Shown in pieces: positions 16,641-24,305 of a stretch of DNA of 26,846 nt (its first letter is position 1; every line of letters begins with the position of its first letter). The stretch spans positions 1 through 26,846 of the IMG/VR virus record IMGVR_UViG_3300022178_003971; one strand, 5' to 3'. The position numbers and the translations under genes were made by a program. The stretch is from a virus. Lineage: Duplodnaviria; Caudoviricetes. Below the pieces are notes generated by a model. The model did not search any database and was not told the DNA's origin. It worked only from the letters and a program-made list of their open reading frames with translations.

Positions 16641-18191
16641 ATGGCCTCAGTAATTAAGCTCAAAAGAAGTTCCACTCCCGGTTCGGTCCCATCGTCACTG
16701 GAAGCTGGTGAGTTAGCAATTAACATCCCTGATAAGAAATTATTCTCGTCAGACGGTTCAAGTGTATTTAATGTATCTGGCGATCTATACAATGCCGTGA
16801 CACAAGCAAACGCTGCTACCGGCGGTGCTGATATTGTATTAACAGTCGACAATGCTGCGTTATCAGATGACGTTATTAACTTAGTTGGTAGTACTAGTGT
16901 TGGCGTAAGCCGAGCTGCAAACGGCGCAATCGTTTTTGCTTCAACAGGTACTGGTACTGTTGACGGATTCAACTCAGCTGTAACTGTCCAATTGTCAGGC
17001 GATGTCACTGGTAGTGCTACATTTGATTCAGGTGGTGATGTAGCTAATATTACCACTACTATCGCAGACAACAGCCTCGTTCTAGGTACTGCTACTACTG
17101 GTGATTACGTAGCAAGCCTCGTAGCTGGCACAGACATGGTTGTCACTAACAACACTGGCGAAACTGCAACACCAACTGTTGCTCTAGCCGACAGCATTGC
17201 TGCTAACACTTCAGGTACTGCTGCTAAAGCAACTGTCTTAGAGACTACACGTGCCATTGGTGGTGTTAACTTTAATGGTTCTGCAGCAATTAATCTTCCT
17301 GGTGTTAACGAAGCTGGTAACCAAGATACGTCTGGTAATGCAGCAACAGCTACAGCACTAGAGACTGCACGTACAATTGGTGGTGTATCATTTGATGGTA
17401 CTGCACCAATTAATCTTCCTGGTGTTAACGCACTTGGTAACCAGAACACTACTGGTTCTGCCGCAACATTAACCACGCCACGTGCTATTGCAATAGACGG
17501 TGAAGTTACTGGTACAGCAAACTTCGACGGTTCAGCTGGTATTACAATTAGTACTACAATGGCTGACAGCATCGTCGCTAACACTTCTGGTACTGCTGCT
17601 AAGGCAACAATATTAGAAACTGCACGCACTATTGCAATTACTGGCGACCAAGATGGTTCAGCGTCATTCGATGGTTCAGGTAACATCGAAATCGCAGTTA
17701 CTACTCAAGCTGACAGTGTTGATCTAGGTACACATACTACTGGTAACTATGTTGCTGCCGTAACTGGTACAGCTAACGAAATCGCGGTAACTGGTACTGG
17801 TGAAGGTGCTAGCGTACAGGTTGGATTGCCTACAGACGTTACTATCGGTAACGATCTATCCGTAACAAACGATTTGGATGTTACAGGTAACTTGACTCTA
17901 GGTGGTAACTTAGAAGTTAATGGTACACTTACGTACATTAACTCTACTACAGTAACCATCGGCGACAACATGCTCAAGCTCGCCAATACCAACAACTCTG
18001 ATACTATCGATACTGGTTTCTACGTACAGTATGACGATGGTGCTCAGAAGTTTGCTGGTTTGATCCGCGATGCATCTGACGGTAGCTTCCACTTGTTTGA
18101 TGGCCTCACCACAGAGCCAGATCAGACAATTAACTTTGGAGCAACAGCTACTGCAACATTGAACGCCAACATAGACGGTGGCACGTACTAA
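16641..18191 (+). CDS. Fibre protein with IKLKRS...GELAIN N-terminal domain, tail-fibre repeats and terminal IDGGTY
   Basis: Repeats LETARTIGGVSFDG / INLPGVN / G.VTGSA.FDGS.. typical of phage fibre shafts; codon usage strongly biased. Confidence 0.75.
   Translation: MASVIKLKRSSTPGSVPSSLEAGELAINIPDKKLFSSDGSSVFNVSGDLYNAVTQANAATGGADIVLTVDNAALSDDVINLVGSTSVGVSRAANGAIVFASTGTGTVDGFNSAVTVQLSGDVTGSATFDSGGDVANITTTIADNSLVLGTATTGDYVASLVAGTDMVVTNNTGETATPTVALADSIAANTSGTAAKATVLETTRAIGGVNFNGSAAINLPGVNEAGNQDTSGNAATATALETARTIGGVSFDGTAPINLPGVNALGNQNTTGSAATLTTPRAIAIDGEVTGTANFDGSAGITISTTMADSIVANTSGTAAKATILETARTIAITGDQDGSASFDGSGNIEIAVTTQADSVDLGTHTTGNYVAAVTGTANEIAVTGTGEGASVQVGLPTDVTIGNDLSVTNDLDVTGNLTLGGNLEVNGTLTYINSTTVTIGDNMLKLANTNNSDTIDTGFYVQYDDGAQKFAGLIRDASDGSFHLFDGLTTEPDQTINFGATATATLNANIDGGTY
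17190..17690 (+). repeat. Internal fibre repeats, including a 120-nt-period duplication
   Basis: Exact 24-mer CAATTAATCTTCCTGGTGTTAACG at 17287 and 17407; ADSI.ANTSGTAAKAT.LET occurs twice. Confidence 0.85.
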
Positions 18192-18203
18192 GCAATAGGG
18201 ATT

Positions 18204-18222
18204 TGGGGTACTAAGTACCCCA
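18204..18222. other. GC-rich hairpin without U-tract after the 516-aa gene
   Basis: TGGGGTAC-TAA-GTACCCCA, a perfect 8-bp stem. Confidence 0.7.
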
Positions 18223-18258
18223 CTACCTTAATCATTAATACGTAAAACGAGGTCTAAA

Positions 18259-18816
18259 ATGGCATCTGTAATTCAAATAAAGCGTAGTACTGTAGCAGGC
18301 AATGCGCCATCTACAAGCAATATTACTACTGCAGAGCTAGCACTAAACACCGCTGATAAGCGACTGTATTCCTCAACGGGATCAGAAGTATTTGAAGTCG
18401 GCTCAAGTGTACACTCGTTAGCAGTTGGTACTGGTGCTTTCTCATTCGCGAATGGTGCAGTAACACTGCCCTCAGGGGATGGTACATCAGGTCAATCGCT
18501 TGTAACAGACGGCTCTGGTAATGTTACCTGGCAAAATCTTGATGTTGGTAACAATTACTCTATAATTGCAAAAACATCAACAGCCGATGTTGAAACTCTG
18601 CTCGACGATCTATCTCTTGATGATCATATTGTCGCGAACCCAGATGGATACATCTCATTTAGAACTGGCGCTACTACTGTAGCAAAGGTACCATACTTTG
18701 GAACAGCGACTGATGGTGTTGCTTTGACATTGGATCTTGGTGCTGACGTTGCTAGTAATACTGCTCTCACTGCATTGACAGCAAGAGTAGATACTATCGA
18801 AGGCGGTTCGTTCTAG
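18259..18816 (+). CDS. Short fibre/adaptor protein (IQIKRS...AELALN N-terminus, terminal IEGGSF)
   Basis: SD GAGGT. N-terminus homologous to the 16641 and 18928 products; TLPSGDGTSGQSLVTDGSGNVTW fibre motif. Confidence 0.7.
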   Translation: MASVIQIKRSTVAGNAPSTSNITTAELALNTADKRLYSSTGSEVFEVGSSVHSLAVGTGAFSFANGAVTLPSGDGTSGQSLVTDGSGNVTWQNLDVGNNYSIIAKTSTADVETLLDDLSLDDHIVANPDGYISFRTGATTVAKVPYFGTATDGVALTLDLGADVASNTALTALTARVDTIEGGSF

Positions 18817-18824
18817 CACGACTT

Positions 18825-18891
18825 AGTAAGAAAAAAGGGTACATATGTGCCCTTTCTTACTTTTTATTTGCCGCATATGCGGATTTTTTTT
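18825..18891 (+). terminator. Two tandem hairpins, each followed by a T-run
   Basis: AGTAAG-AAAAAA-GGGTAC-ATAT-GTGCCC-TTTCTTACT+TTTT (18825-18865) and CCGC-ATAT-GCGG+A+T8 (18871-18891). Confidence 0.65.
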
Positions 18892-18927
18892 AGTATTTGA
18901 TTTATTTTCTCTATATAGAGGTTTGGC

Positions 18928-19593
18928 ATGTCATCGATTATAACCCTTAAGCGGAGCTCCGTTGCCGGCAAAGTACCGTCATCATCAAACGTATCTCAAG
19001 GTGAGCTCGCTCTTAACACGCAAGATGGACGACTCTATTCGTCTAATGGCACCGACGTATTCGAAGTTGGCGCATCCCCTCATTCCCTTTCTGTTGGTGC
19101 TGGTGGCTTTAATATAGCTAACGGTGCACTGGCATTTCCTACGTCGGATGGTTCTGCTAACCAGTTTATTAAAACTGATGGTAGCGGTAGCCTATCGTTT
19201 GGTACTCCAAGCCCGAGTAGACAAGCTATACATATTGTAACATCAGATACATTACTAGATTCCTCTGATCACGATAGTGCTGTAATAGTCAACACTACCA
19301 ACAACGTGACCATCGAGCTCGATGAATCTACAAATCTTGTAACAGGGGATAAGTTTACTATCCTTCCTGTTAAAACTACTACTATTACCATACAACTTGA
19401 CGGCACTGATTACTTCATGGGTAGCCCTTCAACATCGACGTTAGAGATTAGCGTAATGTCGGAAGCCCATATTCAGTCCTTTCAAGATAGAACAATAGAC
19501 AGCGAAACAGGTGTAATGTCTGTAGCTTCTGAACTGCATTCAAAAATAGAAATATTGTATGTAGGCGGAAGAAAGTTTGTTTTAGTTAAATAG
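18928..19593 (+). CDS. Short fibre-tip/adaptor protein (ITLKRS...GELALN N-terminus, distinct beta-rich C-terminal domain)
   Basis: SD GAGGT. First ~92 aa are clearly paralogous to the 18259 product; the C-terminal half is unrelated. Confidence 0.7.
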   Translation: MSSIITLKRSSVAGKVPSSSNVSQGELALNTQDGRLYSSNGTDVFEVGASPHSLSVGAGGFNIANGALAFPTSDGSANQFIKTDGSGSLSFGTPSPSRQAIHIVTSDTLLDSSDHDSAVIVNTTNNVTIELDESTNLVTGDKFTILPVKTTTITIQLDGTDYFMGSPSTSTLEISVMSEAHIQSFQDRTIDSETGVMSVASELHSKIEILYVGGRKFVLVK

Positions 19594-19606
19594 CGATAAT
19601 AAATAT

Positions 19607-19614
19607 TATAAATA
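19607..19614 (+). promoter_or_regulatory. T4-type late promoter (TATAAATA) for the head core genes
   Basis: Exact consensus, intergenic; a second near-match AATAAATA at 19598-19605. Confidence 0.8.
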
Positions 19615-19644
19615 ATACATGAATGAATTAAACAAGAGGTTGTT

Positions 19645-19845
19645 ATGTCAAATTTGCTCGATGACGCTATAGACGCGGTATATGATAAAAATCCTTCTGC
19701 CTTCCAAGATGCTGTTGGAGGTGTATTGCAGGATAAACTGAGAGAAAGAATTGGGGTAGAAAAGATATCTATATCTCAAAACTTTATGAGCGACAATGAC
19801 TACGACAACGATGAACAAGAAGAGGCCGCAGATGAAGACTTTTAA
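19645..19845 (+). CDS. Prohead core protein, gp67-like
   Basis: Small helical protein with an acidic tail (DNDYDNDEQEEAADEDF), located upstream of gp21; SD GAGGT. Confidence 0.65.
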   Translation: MSNLLDDAIDAVYDKNPSAFQDAVGGVLQDKLRERIGVEKISISQNFMSDNDYDNDEQEEAADEDF

Positions 19846-20158
19846 AGAGTTGCTCGAAGCACCAGGTGCACCAGCTCAAGATAGCAAGGTTGTCAAAGAT
19901 GATGAGCAAGAAGTAAAAAACTACAAGCCCCGTTCAAAAGGGGAAGAAGATTTTGTCAATGATCATAAGATAACCAAGATTGCTCATCCTGTAGCTACCG
20001 ATGCCCAGTTCACTGGGGAAATCAAGCGTGGAAATCCGGACGACCATGTTGGAGGCAAGCAACATGCTCCAGGCGAGAAAATGGTAAAGCAAGGATCTTC
20101 GAGAGTAAGAGAGAGCTTCTCGTCCTTCGCGCAGGAGAATACAGATGGCGACGATTAA
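19832..20158 (+). CDS. Putative internal head / prohead core protein with capsid-targeting-like N-terminus
   Basis: Likely start ATG at 19832 (MKTFKELLEA...) after GAGG; overlaps the gp67-like stop; hydrophilic and charged. Confidence 0.6.
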   Translation: MKTFKELLEAPGAPAQDSKVVKDDEQEVKNYKPRSKGEEDFVNDHKITKIAHPVATDAQFTGEIKRGNPDDHVGGKQHAPGEKMVKQGSSRVRESFSSFAQENTDGDD

Positions 20159-20408
20159 GCTACTATCTACCTCAGCTAGCCTCGGCGTTGCTAACAACAT
20201 GGGCAATGCTACTATGGTAAGAGTCATTAATACTGCCTCAGCCGAAGTGACGTTGACGGTAGCTAATACCGTGGGCCCAGAGAATGGAGGCGGTCAAGCT
20301 GGATCAGTAGTACTAGAGGCTGGCGCATCTGAGATAATTGTTAAAGAGCCAACAGACACGGTTATAGCAGCAGCAGACACAAAGGCTACCGCGGTAGCAA
20401 GGTACTAA
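20145..20408 (+). CDS. Small beta-rich hypothetical protein upstream of gp21
   Basis: SD AGGAG; fills the gap exactly between two neighbouring genes; function not recognised. Confidence 0.6.
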   Translation: MATIKLLSTSASLGVANNMGNATMVRVINTASAEVTLTVANTVGPENGGGQAGSVVLEAGASEIIVKEPTDTVIAAADTKATAVARY

Positions 20409-20409
20409 T

Positions 20410-21057
20410 ATGAAACTTATATGCGAAATCAACGAAGATCTTGAGTACGTAGCAGAAGAAGCCGATGGTGGTAAAAACCATTTCATCAAAGGCGTATTCA
20501 TGCAAGGTAACATCAAGAACCGTAATGGTCGAATTTATCCTATGGAAGTTCTTCAGAAAGAAGTTGCTAGGTACAATGCTGATTATATCGACAGGAAGAG
20601 ATCATTAGGCGAGCTCGGTCATCCAGCTGGTCCTACTATCAACCTCGATCGCGTTTCTCATATGATAACAGAGCTATATCAAGAAGGCGATAACTTCATG
20701 GGTAAAGCTAAGATACTCGATACTCCAATGGGGAACATTGTTAAGAATCTTATGAACGAAGGAGCTACTATCGGGGTATCTTCTCGAGGAATGGGTTCAT
20801 TGAAGCAAAGAAATGGTGTTGCTGAAGTACAGAACGATTTCTATCTTGCAACAGCAGCCGATATTGTTGCTGATCCATCAGCACCTGATGCTTTCGTAGA
20901 AGGTATCATGGAAGGAAAAGAGTGGATCTTTAACGGATTAAATTGGAAGCAGATTGATATGGCTGAACAGCTTCAAGCGAGCCTTAAAGAAAAAACCTTT
21001 GAGGAAATCCAAAAAAGCAAATTTGAAATATTTGAATATTATATAAGAAACCTGTAA
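20410..21057 (+). CDS. gp21: Prohead protease gp21
   Basis: GVFMQGNIKNRNGRIYP, LGELGHP, INLDRVSH, GVSSRGMGSL (catalytic Ser region) and DIVADPSAPDAFV. Confidence 0.97.
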   Translation: MKLICEINEDLEYVAEEADGGKNHFIKGVFMQGNIKNRNGRIYPMEVLQKEVARYNADYIDRKRSLGELGHPAGPTINLDRVSHMITELYQEGDNFMGKAKILDTPMGNIVKNLMNEGATIGVSSRGMGSLKQRNGVAEVQNDFYLATAADIVADPSAPDAFVEGIMEGKEWIFNGLNWKQIDMAEQLQASLKEKTFEEIQKSKFEIFEYYIRNL

Positions 21058-21647
21058 TGTTCTATACATATGCATTAATAGATCCAATTAATAGGCTACC
21101 GTTTTACATCGGCAAAGGCAAAGGCGATAGATCGCATGCGCATCTCAAAGGTCATGCCCAATACAATGAAGACAAGCTCCGGACAATAAATAACATAAGA
21201 CTATTGGAACATGAGCCCGAAGTTGTCTTTATTAAGAAAGACATGACCAGCAAGCAAGCCTTAGAGCTCGAGAGTTTCATAATACAAAAATGCAAAGAGC
21301 AAGGAATAACTCTAACTAATCGAGATAGTTTTCCTCCTGACAGAACAGGTAGTGTGCTTTCGGAAAAACATATTCAAAGACTCAGAGAATTTAACCAAGG
21401 AAAGGTATTAACTGACGAACATAAGAAAAAGATAGGAATGTCTAATTCTTATAAACCCAACTTTGATCAATCAAAAAACGCTGAATACGCAGACAAAAGC
21501 CTCAAGAGGAATGAGGGATCAAAAAATCCTAGAGCTCAACAAATAAGTGTTAATGGTATAGTGTTTAATTGTAAAAAGCATGCTCACGAGTACTTTGGTG
21601 TTACCCGAGAAACATTTGAAAAACATTTTATATACTCAAAACTTTAA
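21057..21647 (+). CDS. Free-standing GIY-YIG homing endonuclease with NUMOD3-like motifs
   Basis: YTYALIDP...FYIGKGKGDR, ALELESFII and LTN form the catalytic domain; LSEKHIQRL and GKVLTDEHKKKIG are NUMOD3-like; C-terminal NPRAQQISVNGIVF segment; TAATG overlap with gp21. Confidence 0.82.
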   Translation: MFYTYALIDPINRLPFYIGKGKGDRSHAHLKGHAQYNEDKLRTINNIRLLEHEPEVVFIKKDMTSKQALELESFIIQKCKEQGITLTNRDSFPPDRTGSVLSEKHIQRLREFNQGKVLTDEHKKKIGMSNSYKPNFDQSKNAEYADKSLKRNEGSKNPRAQQISVNGIVFNCKKHAHEYFGVTRETFEKHFIYSKL

Positions 21648-21650
21648 TTT

Positions 21651-21658
21651 TATAAATA
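21651..21658 (+). promoter_or_regulatory. T4-type late promoter (TATAAATA) for gp22
   Basis: Exact consensus, intergenic, upstream of SD AAGGAG. Confidence 0.82.
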
Positions 21659-21689
21659 CAATATAAGAAACTCTCAAAGGAGAACCCTG

Positions 21690-22793
21690 ATGTCCGAAAA
21701 AGATATAGATATGAATGGAGAGCAGTTAGATGAGTTCCAATCATCTTATGGCGACCCATCCAGCGTGCCAGAGCCTGTTAACAAAAAGGCAAAAGCTCCT
21801 GGCAAGTCAAAGAAAGTAGAAGACGATCCTGTCGATGCACCTACAGCTGTAAAGCCAGAGAAGGCTAAAGAAGTTAGCAAAATGGGTATGATCCAAGCAA
21901 TGGTTCAGCGCATGAATGCTATGAAGAAGACTGACCTTCAAATGTCTTTCGATCGTATGATTGATACACTTGATCAGGAAAGTATTTCTGAAGAGAGTGA
22001 TGAGGATGTCGTAGAAGTTGTACGCACCGGTCATACAGTAACGTCTGGAGATGTTGACATGAGCGAAGATGTTACAGCTCTGTTTGCAGGGGACGATTCA
22101 TTAACCGAAGAATTTAAAGAGAAAGCAGCTACTATCTTTGAGGCAGCAGTTGTGTCTAAGATTAACGAGCAGCTTGCTAAGTACGTCGTAGACGTTGAAA
22201 CAGAAATTCAAGAAGAAAAAGCACGACTAAAAGAAGAAACTGCAGGTAACCTTGACCAGTATCTCGACTATGTTATTGAGAACTGGATGGATGAGAACAA
22301 GCTCGCAGTCGAAGCTGGTATCAAGTCTGAAGTAACTGAAAGTTTCGTTAGCGGTCTAAAAGACTTATTTACTGAGCACTACATTGATATTCCAGATGAT
22401 AAAGTGGATGTAGTTGAACAATTAGCAGCACGTTCTGATGATCTCGAGGCTCGCCTCAATGAAGAGATTACTAGAAATGCTACTATGAAGACAGAGATGA
22501 CAACATTTGTTAAAGCTGAACTCGTGGAACACGTTTGCGAATCTCTTACTGAGACTCAAAAAGAAAAGTTCCGTGTACTAGCAGAAAGTGTTGACTTTGT
22601 TGACGAGGACTCATATGTCCACAAACTCGATACTTTGAAAGAGAGCTATTTCAGCGAACTAACAGAGTCAAGGGTCTACACTAGTGATTTTGATGACGCG
22701 GAGCCGTTGGACGAGGAAGTTATTCCTACTCGCTCATCAAATCCAGAGATGTCAGCTTACGTAAGTGCTATTTCAAGAACACTGAAAAAATAG
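21690..22793 (+). CDS. gp22: Prohead scaffold/core protein gp22
   Basis: LTEEFKEKAATIFEAAV, YLDYVIENWMDENKLAVE.GIKSE, GLKDLFTEHYIDIP, KLDTLKESYF and MSAYVSAISR. Confidence 0.95.
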   Translation: MSEKDIDMNGEQLDEFQSSYGDPSSVPEPVNKKAKAPGKSKKVEDDPVDAPTAVKPEKAKEVSKMGMIQAMVQRMNAMKKTDLQMSFDRMIDTLDQESISEESDEDVVEVVRTGHTVTSGDVDMSEDVTALFAGDDSLTEEFKEKAATIFEAAVVSKINEQLAKYVVDVETEIQEEKARLKEETAGNLDQYLDYVIENWMDENKLAVEAGIKSEVTESFVSGLKDLFTEHYIDIPDDKVDVVEQLAARSDDLEARLNEEITRNATMKTEMTTFVKAELVEHVCESLTETQKEKFRVLAESVDFVDEDSYVHKLDTLKESYFSELTESRVYTSDFDDAEPLDEEVIPTRSSNPEMSAYVSAISRTLKK

Positions 22794-22797
22794 TTTA

Positions 22798-22805
22798 TAT
22801 AAATA
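22798..22805 (+). promoter_or_regulatory. T4-type late promoter (TATAAATA) for gp23
   Basis: Exact consensus, intergenic, upstream of SD AAGGAG. Confidence 0.85.
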
Positions 22806-22842
22806 AATAAAGATCGAAAACCGTAAAGGAGAGACAAATAAA

Positions 22843-24240
22843 ATGTCACAATATGTATCCGAAGAATTAGTCGAGAAGTGGACCCCGGTTCTTGAGCACT
22901 CCGATCTTCCAGAGATCAAAGACGCTCATCGTAGAAACGTAGTTGCTACTTTGCTTGAAAATCAACAACGCTCTGCTATGGAGCAGGCTGCCGGTTCCGG
23001 TGGTTATCAAATGCCAGGTCTTCTTGGTGAGGCTGCCCCTGCTAACGCAATGGGTGCTTCTTCATCTGTTGCAGGTGCTGGCAACGTAGATATCTTTGAT
23101 CCAGTGCTTATTTCACTGGTTCGTCGTTCTATGCCTAACCTTATTGCCTATGACATTGCTGGCGTTCAGCCAATGACTGGTCCTACTGGACTAATCTTTG
23201 CAATGCGAGCTCGTTACACTAGTCAAACCGGCGATGAGGCTTTATACAACGAAGCTGACACAGGTTTCTCTAAGTCAGCAGCTGGTAACACCTTGTCAGG
23301 TTTTGCAATTGACGAATCACTTGTTGATGGCGTCACTACTGGCCAAACTGGTACTGATCCAACTGCTCGTGTATCAGCTAATGGCTATACTGCAGCAACT
23401 GGTATGTCAACAGCACAAGCTGAAGTGCTTGGCGATGCTGGCAACAACGGCTTCCAGCAAATGGCTTTCTCAATTGAGAAGGTATCTGTAACAGCTGTTT
23501 CACGTGCACTCAAAGCTGAGTACACAATGGAACTAGCTCAAGACCTTAAAGCTGTACATGGCCTTGACGCTGAGACAGAGCTTGCTAACATCCTTTCTGC
23601 TGAGATCCTCGCTGAGATCAACAGAGAAGTTGTTCGTACAATTAACTACACGGCTACTGCTGGTGCTGTTGACAATACTGCAACTCAAGGTACATTTAAC
23701 CTTGACGTCGACTCAAACGGTCGTTGGTCAGTAGAGCGCTTCAAAGGTATGATCTTCCAGATCGAGCGTGAAGCTAACAAGATTGCTAAAGACACTCGTC
23801 GTGGCAAAGGTAACATCCTGATTTGTTCTTCAGACGTTGCATCTGCACTTCAAATGGCTGGCGTTCTTGATTACACTCCTGCTCTATCAGCTGCTCTTAA
23901 CGTAGACGATACTGGTAACACATTCGCTGGTGTATTGAACGGTCGTATCAGAGTATACATCGATCCTTACTTCTCAAGCGCTTCTGGCAACCAGTACTTC
24001 ACTGTTGGATACAAAGGTTCAAGCGCATTTGACGCTGGCCTGTTCTACTGCCCATACGTTCCATTACAAATGGTTCGTGCGGTTGGCGAGAGCAACTTCC
24101 AGCCTAAGATCGGCTTCAAGACTCGTTACGGCATGGTTGCTAACCCGTTCGCTAAGGGTGGCGATGCAGGTAACGGTTCAATTGCATTCGCTGATAAGAA
24201 TGTATACTACAGATTGGTTGGTGTTGCTAACCTGATGTAA
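22843..24240 (+). CDS. gp23: Major capsid protein gp23
   Basis: FDPVLISLVRRSMPNLIAYDIAGVQPMTGPTGLIFAMR, SRALKAEYTMELAQDLKAVHGLDAE, YCPYVPL and FQPKIGFKTRYG; probable gp21 cleavage at LLGE63/A. Confidence 0.99.
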   Translation: MSQYVSEELVEKWTPVLEHSDLPEIKDAHRRNVVATLLENQQRSAMEQAAGSGGYQMPGLLGEAAPANAMGASSSVAGAGNVDIFDPVLISLVRRSMPNLIAYDIAGVQPMTGPTGLIFAMRARYTSQTGDEALYNEADTGFSKSAAGNTLSGFAIDESLVDGVTTGQTGTDPTARVSANGYTAATGMSTAQAEVLGDAGNNGFQQMAFSIEKVSVTAVSRALKAEYTMELAQDLKAVHGLDAETELANILSAEILAEINREVVRTINYTATAGAVDNTATQGTFNLDVDSNGRWSVERFKGMIFQIEREANKIAKDTRRGKGNILICSSDVASALQMAGVLDYTPALSAALNVDDTGNTFAGVLNGRIRVYIDPYFSSASGNQYFTVGYKGSSAFDAGLFYCPYVPLQMVRAVGESNFQPKIGFKTRYGMVANPFAKGGDAGNGSIAFADKNVYYRLVGVANLM

Positions 24241-24271
24241 GATAATAAGAATAGGTTCAACCTATCTTTTG

Positions 24272-24302
24272 AAAGGGTCTCATTCGTGAGGCCCTTTTTT
24301 TT
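24272..24302 (+). terminator. Rho-independent terminator after gp23
   Basis: AAAGGGTCTCA-TTCG-TGAGGCCCTTT stem (one G-U pair) with a UUCG loop, running into T8. Confidence 0.9.
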
Positions 24303-24305
24303 CTT

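Noticed and set aside
12980-19593. Diversity-generating retroelement suggested by the Mtd-N-like domains
   Set aside because: No reverse transcriptase, no template/variable repeat pair differing at adenines, and no evident C-type lectin C-terminus in the window.
3223-24240. Introns or inteins in gp17, gp20 or gp23
   Set aside because: The ORFs are continuous, of normal length, and show no intein motifs.
24247-24268. Small hairpin ATAGGT-TCA-ACCTAT before the gp23 terminator
   Set aside because: Weak, AU-rich stem adjacent to a much better terminator; no independent support.
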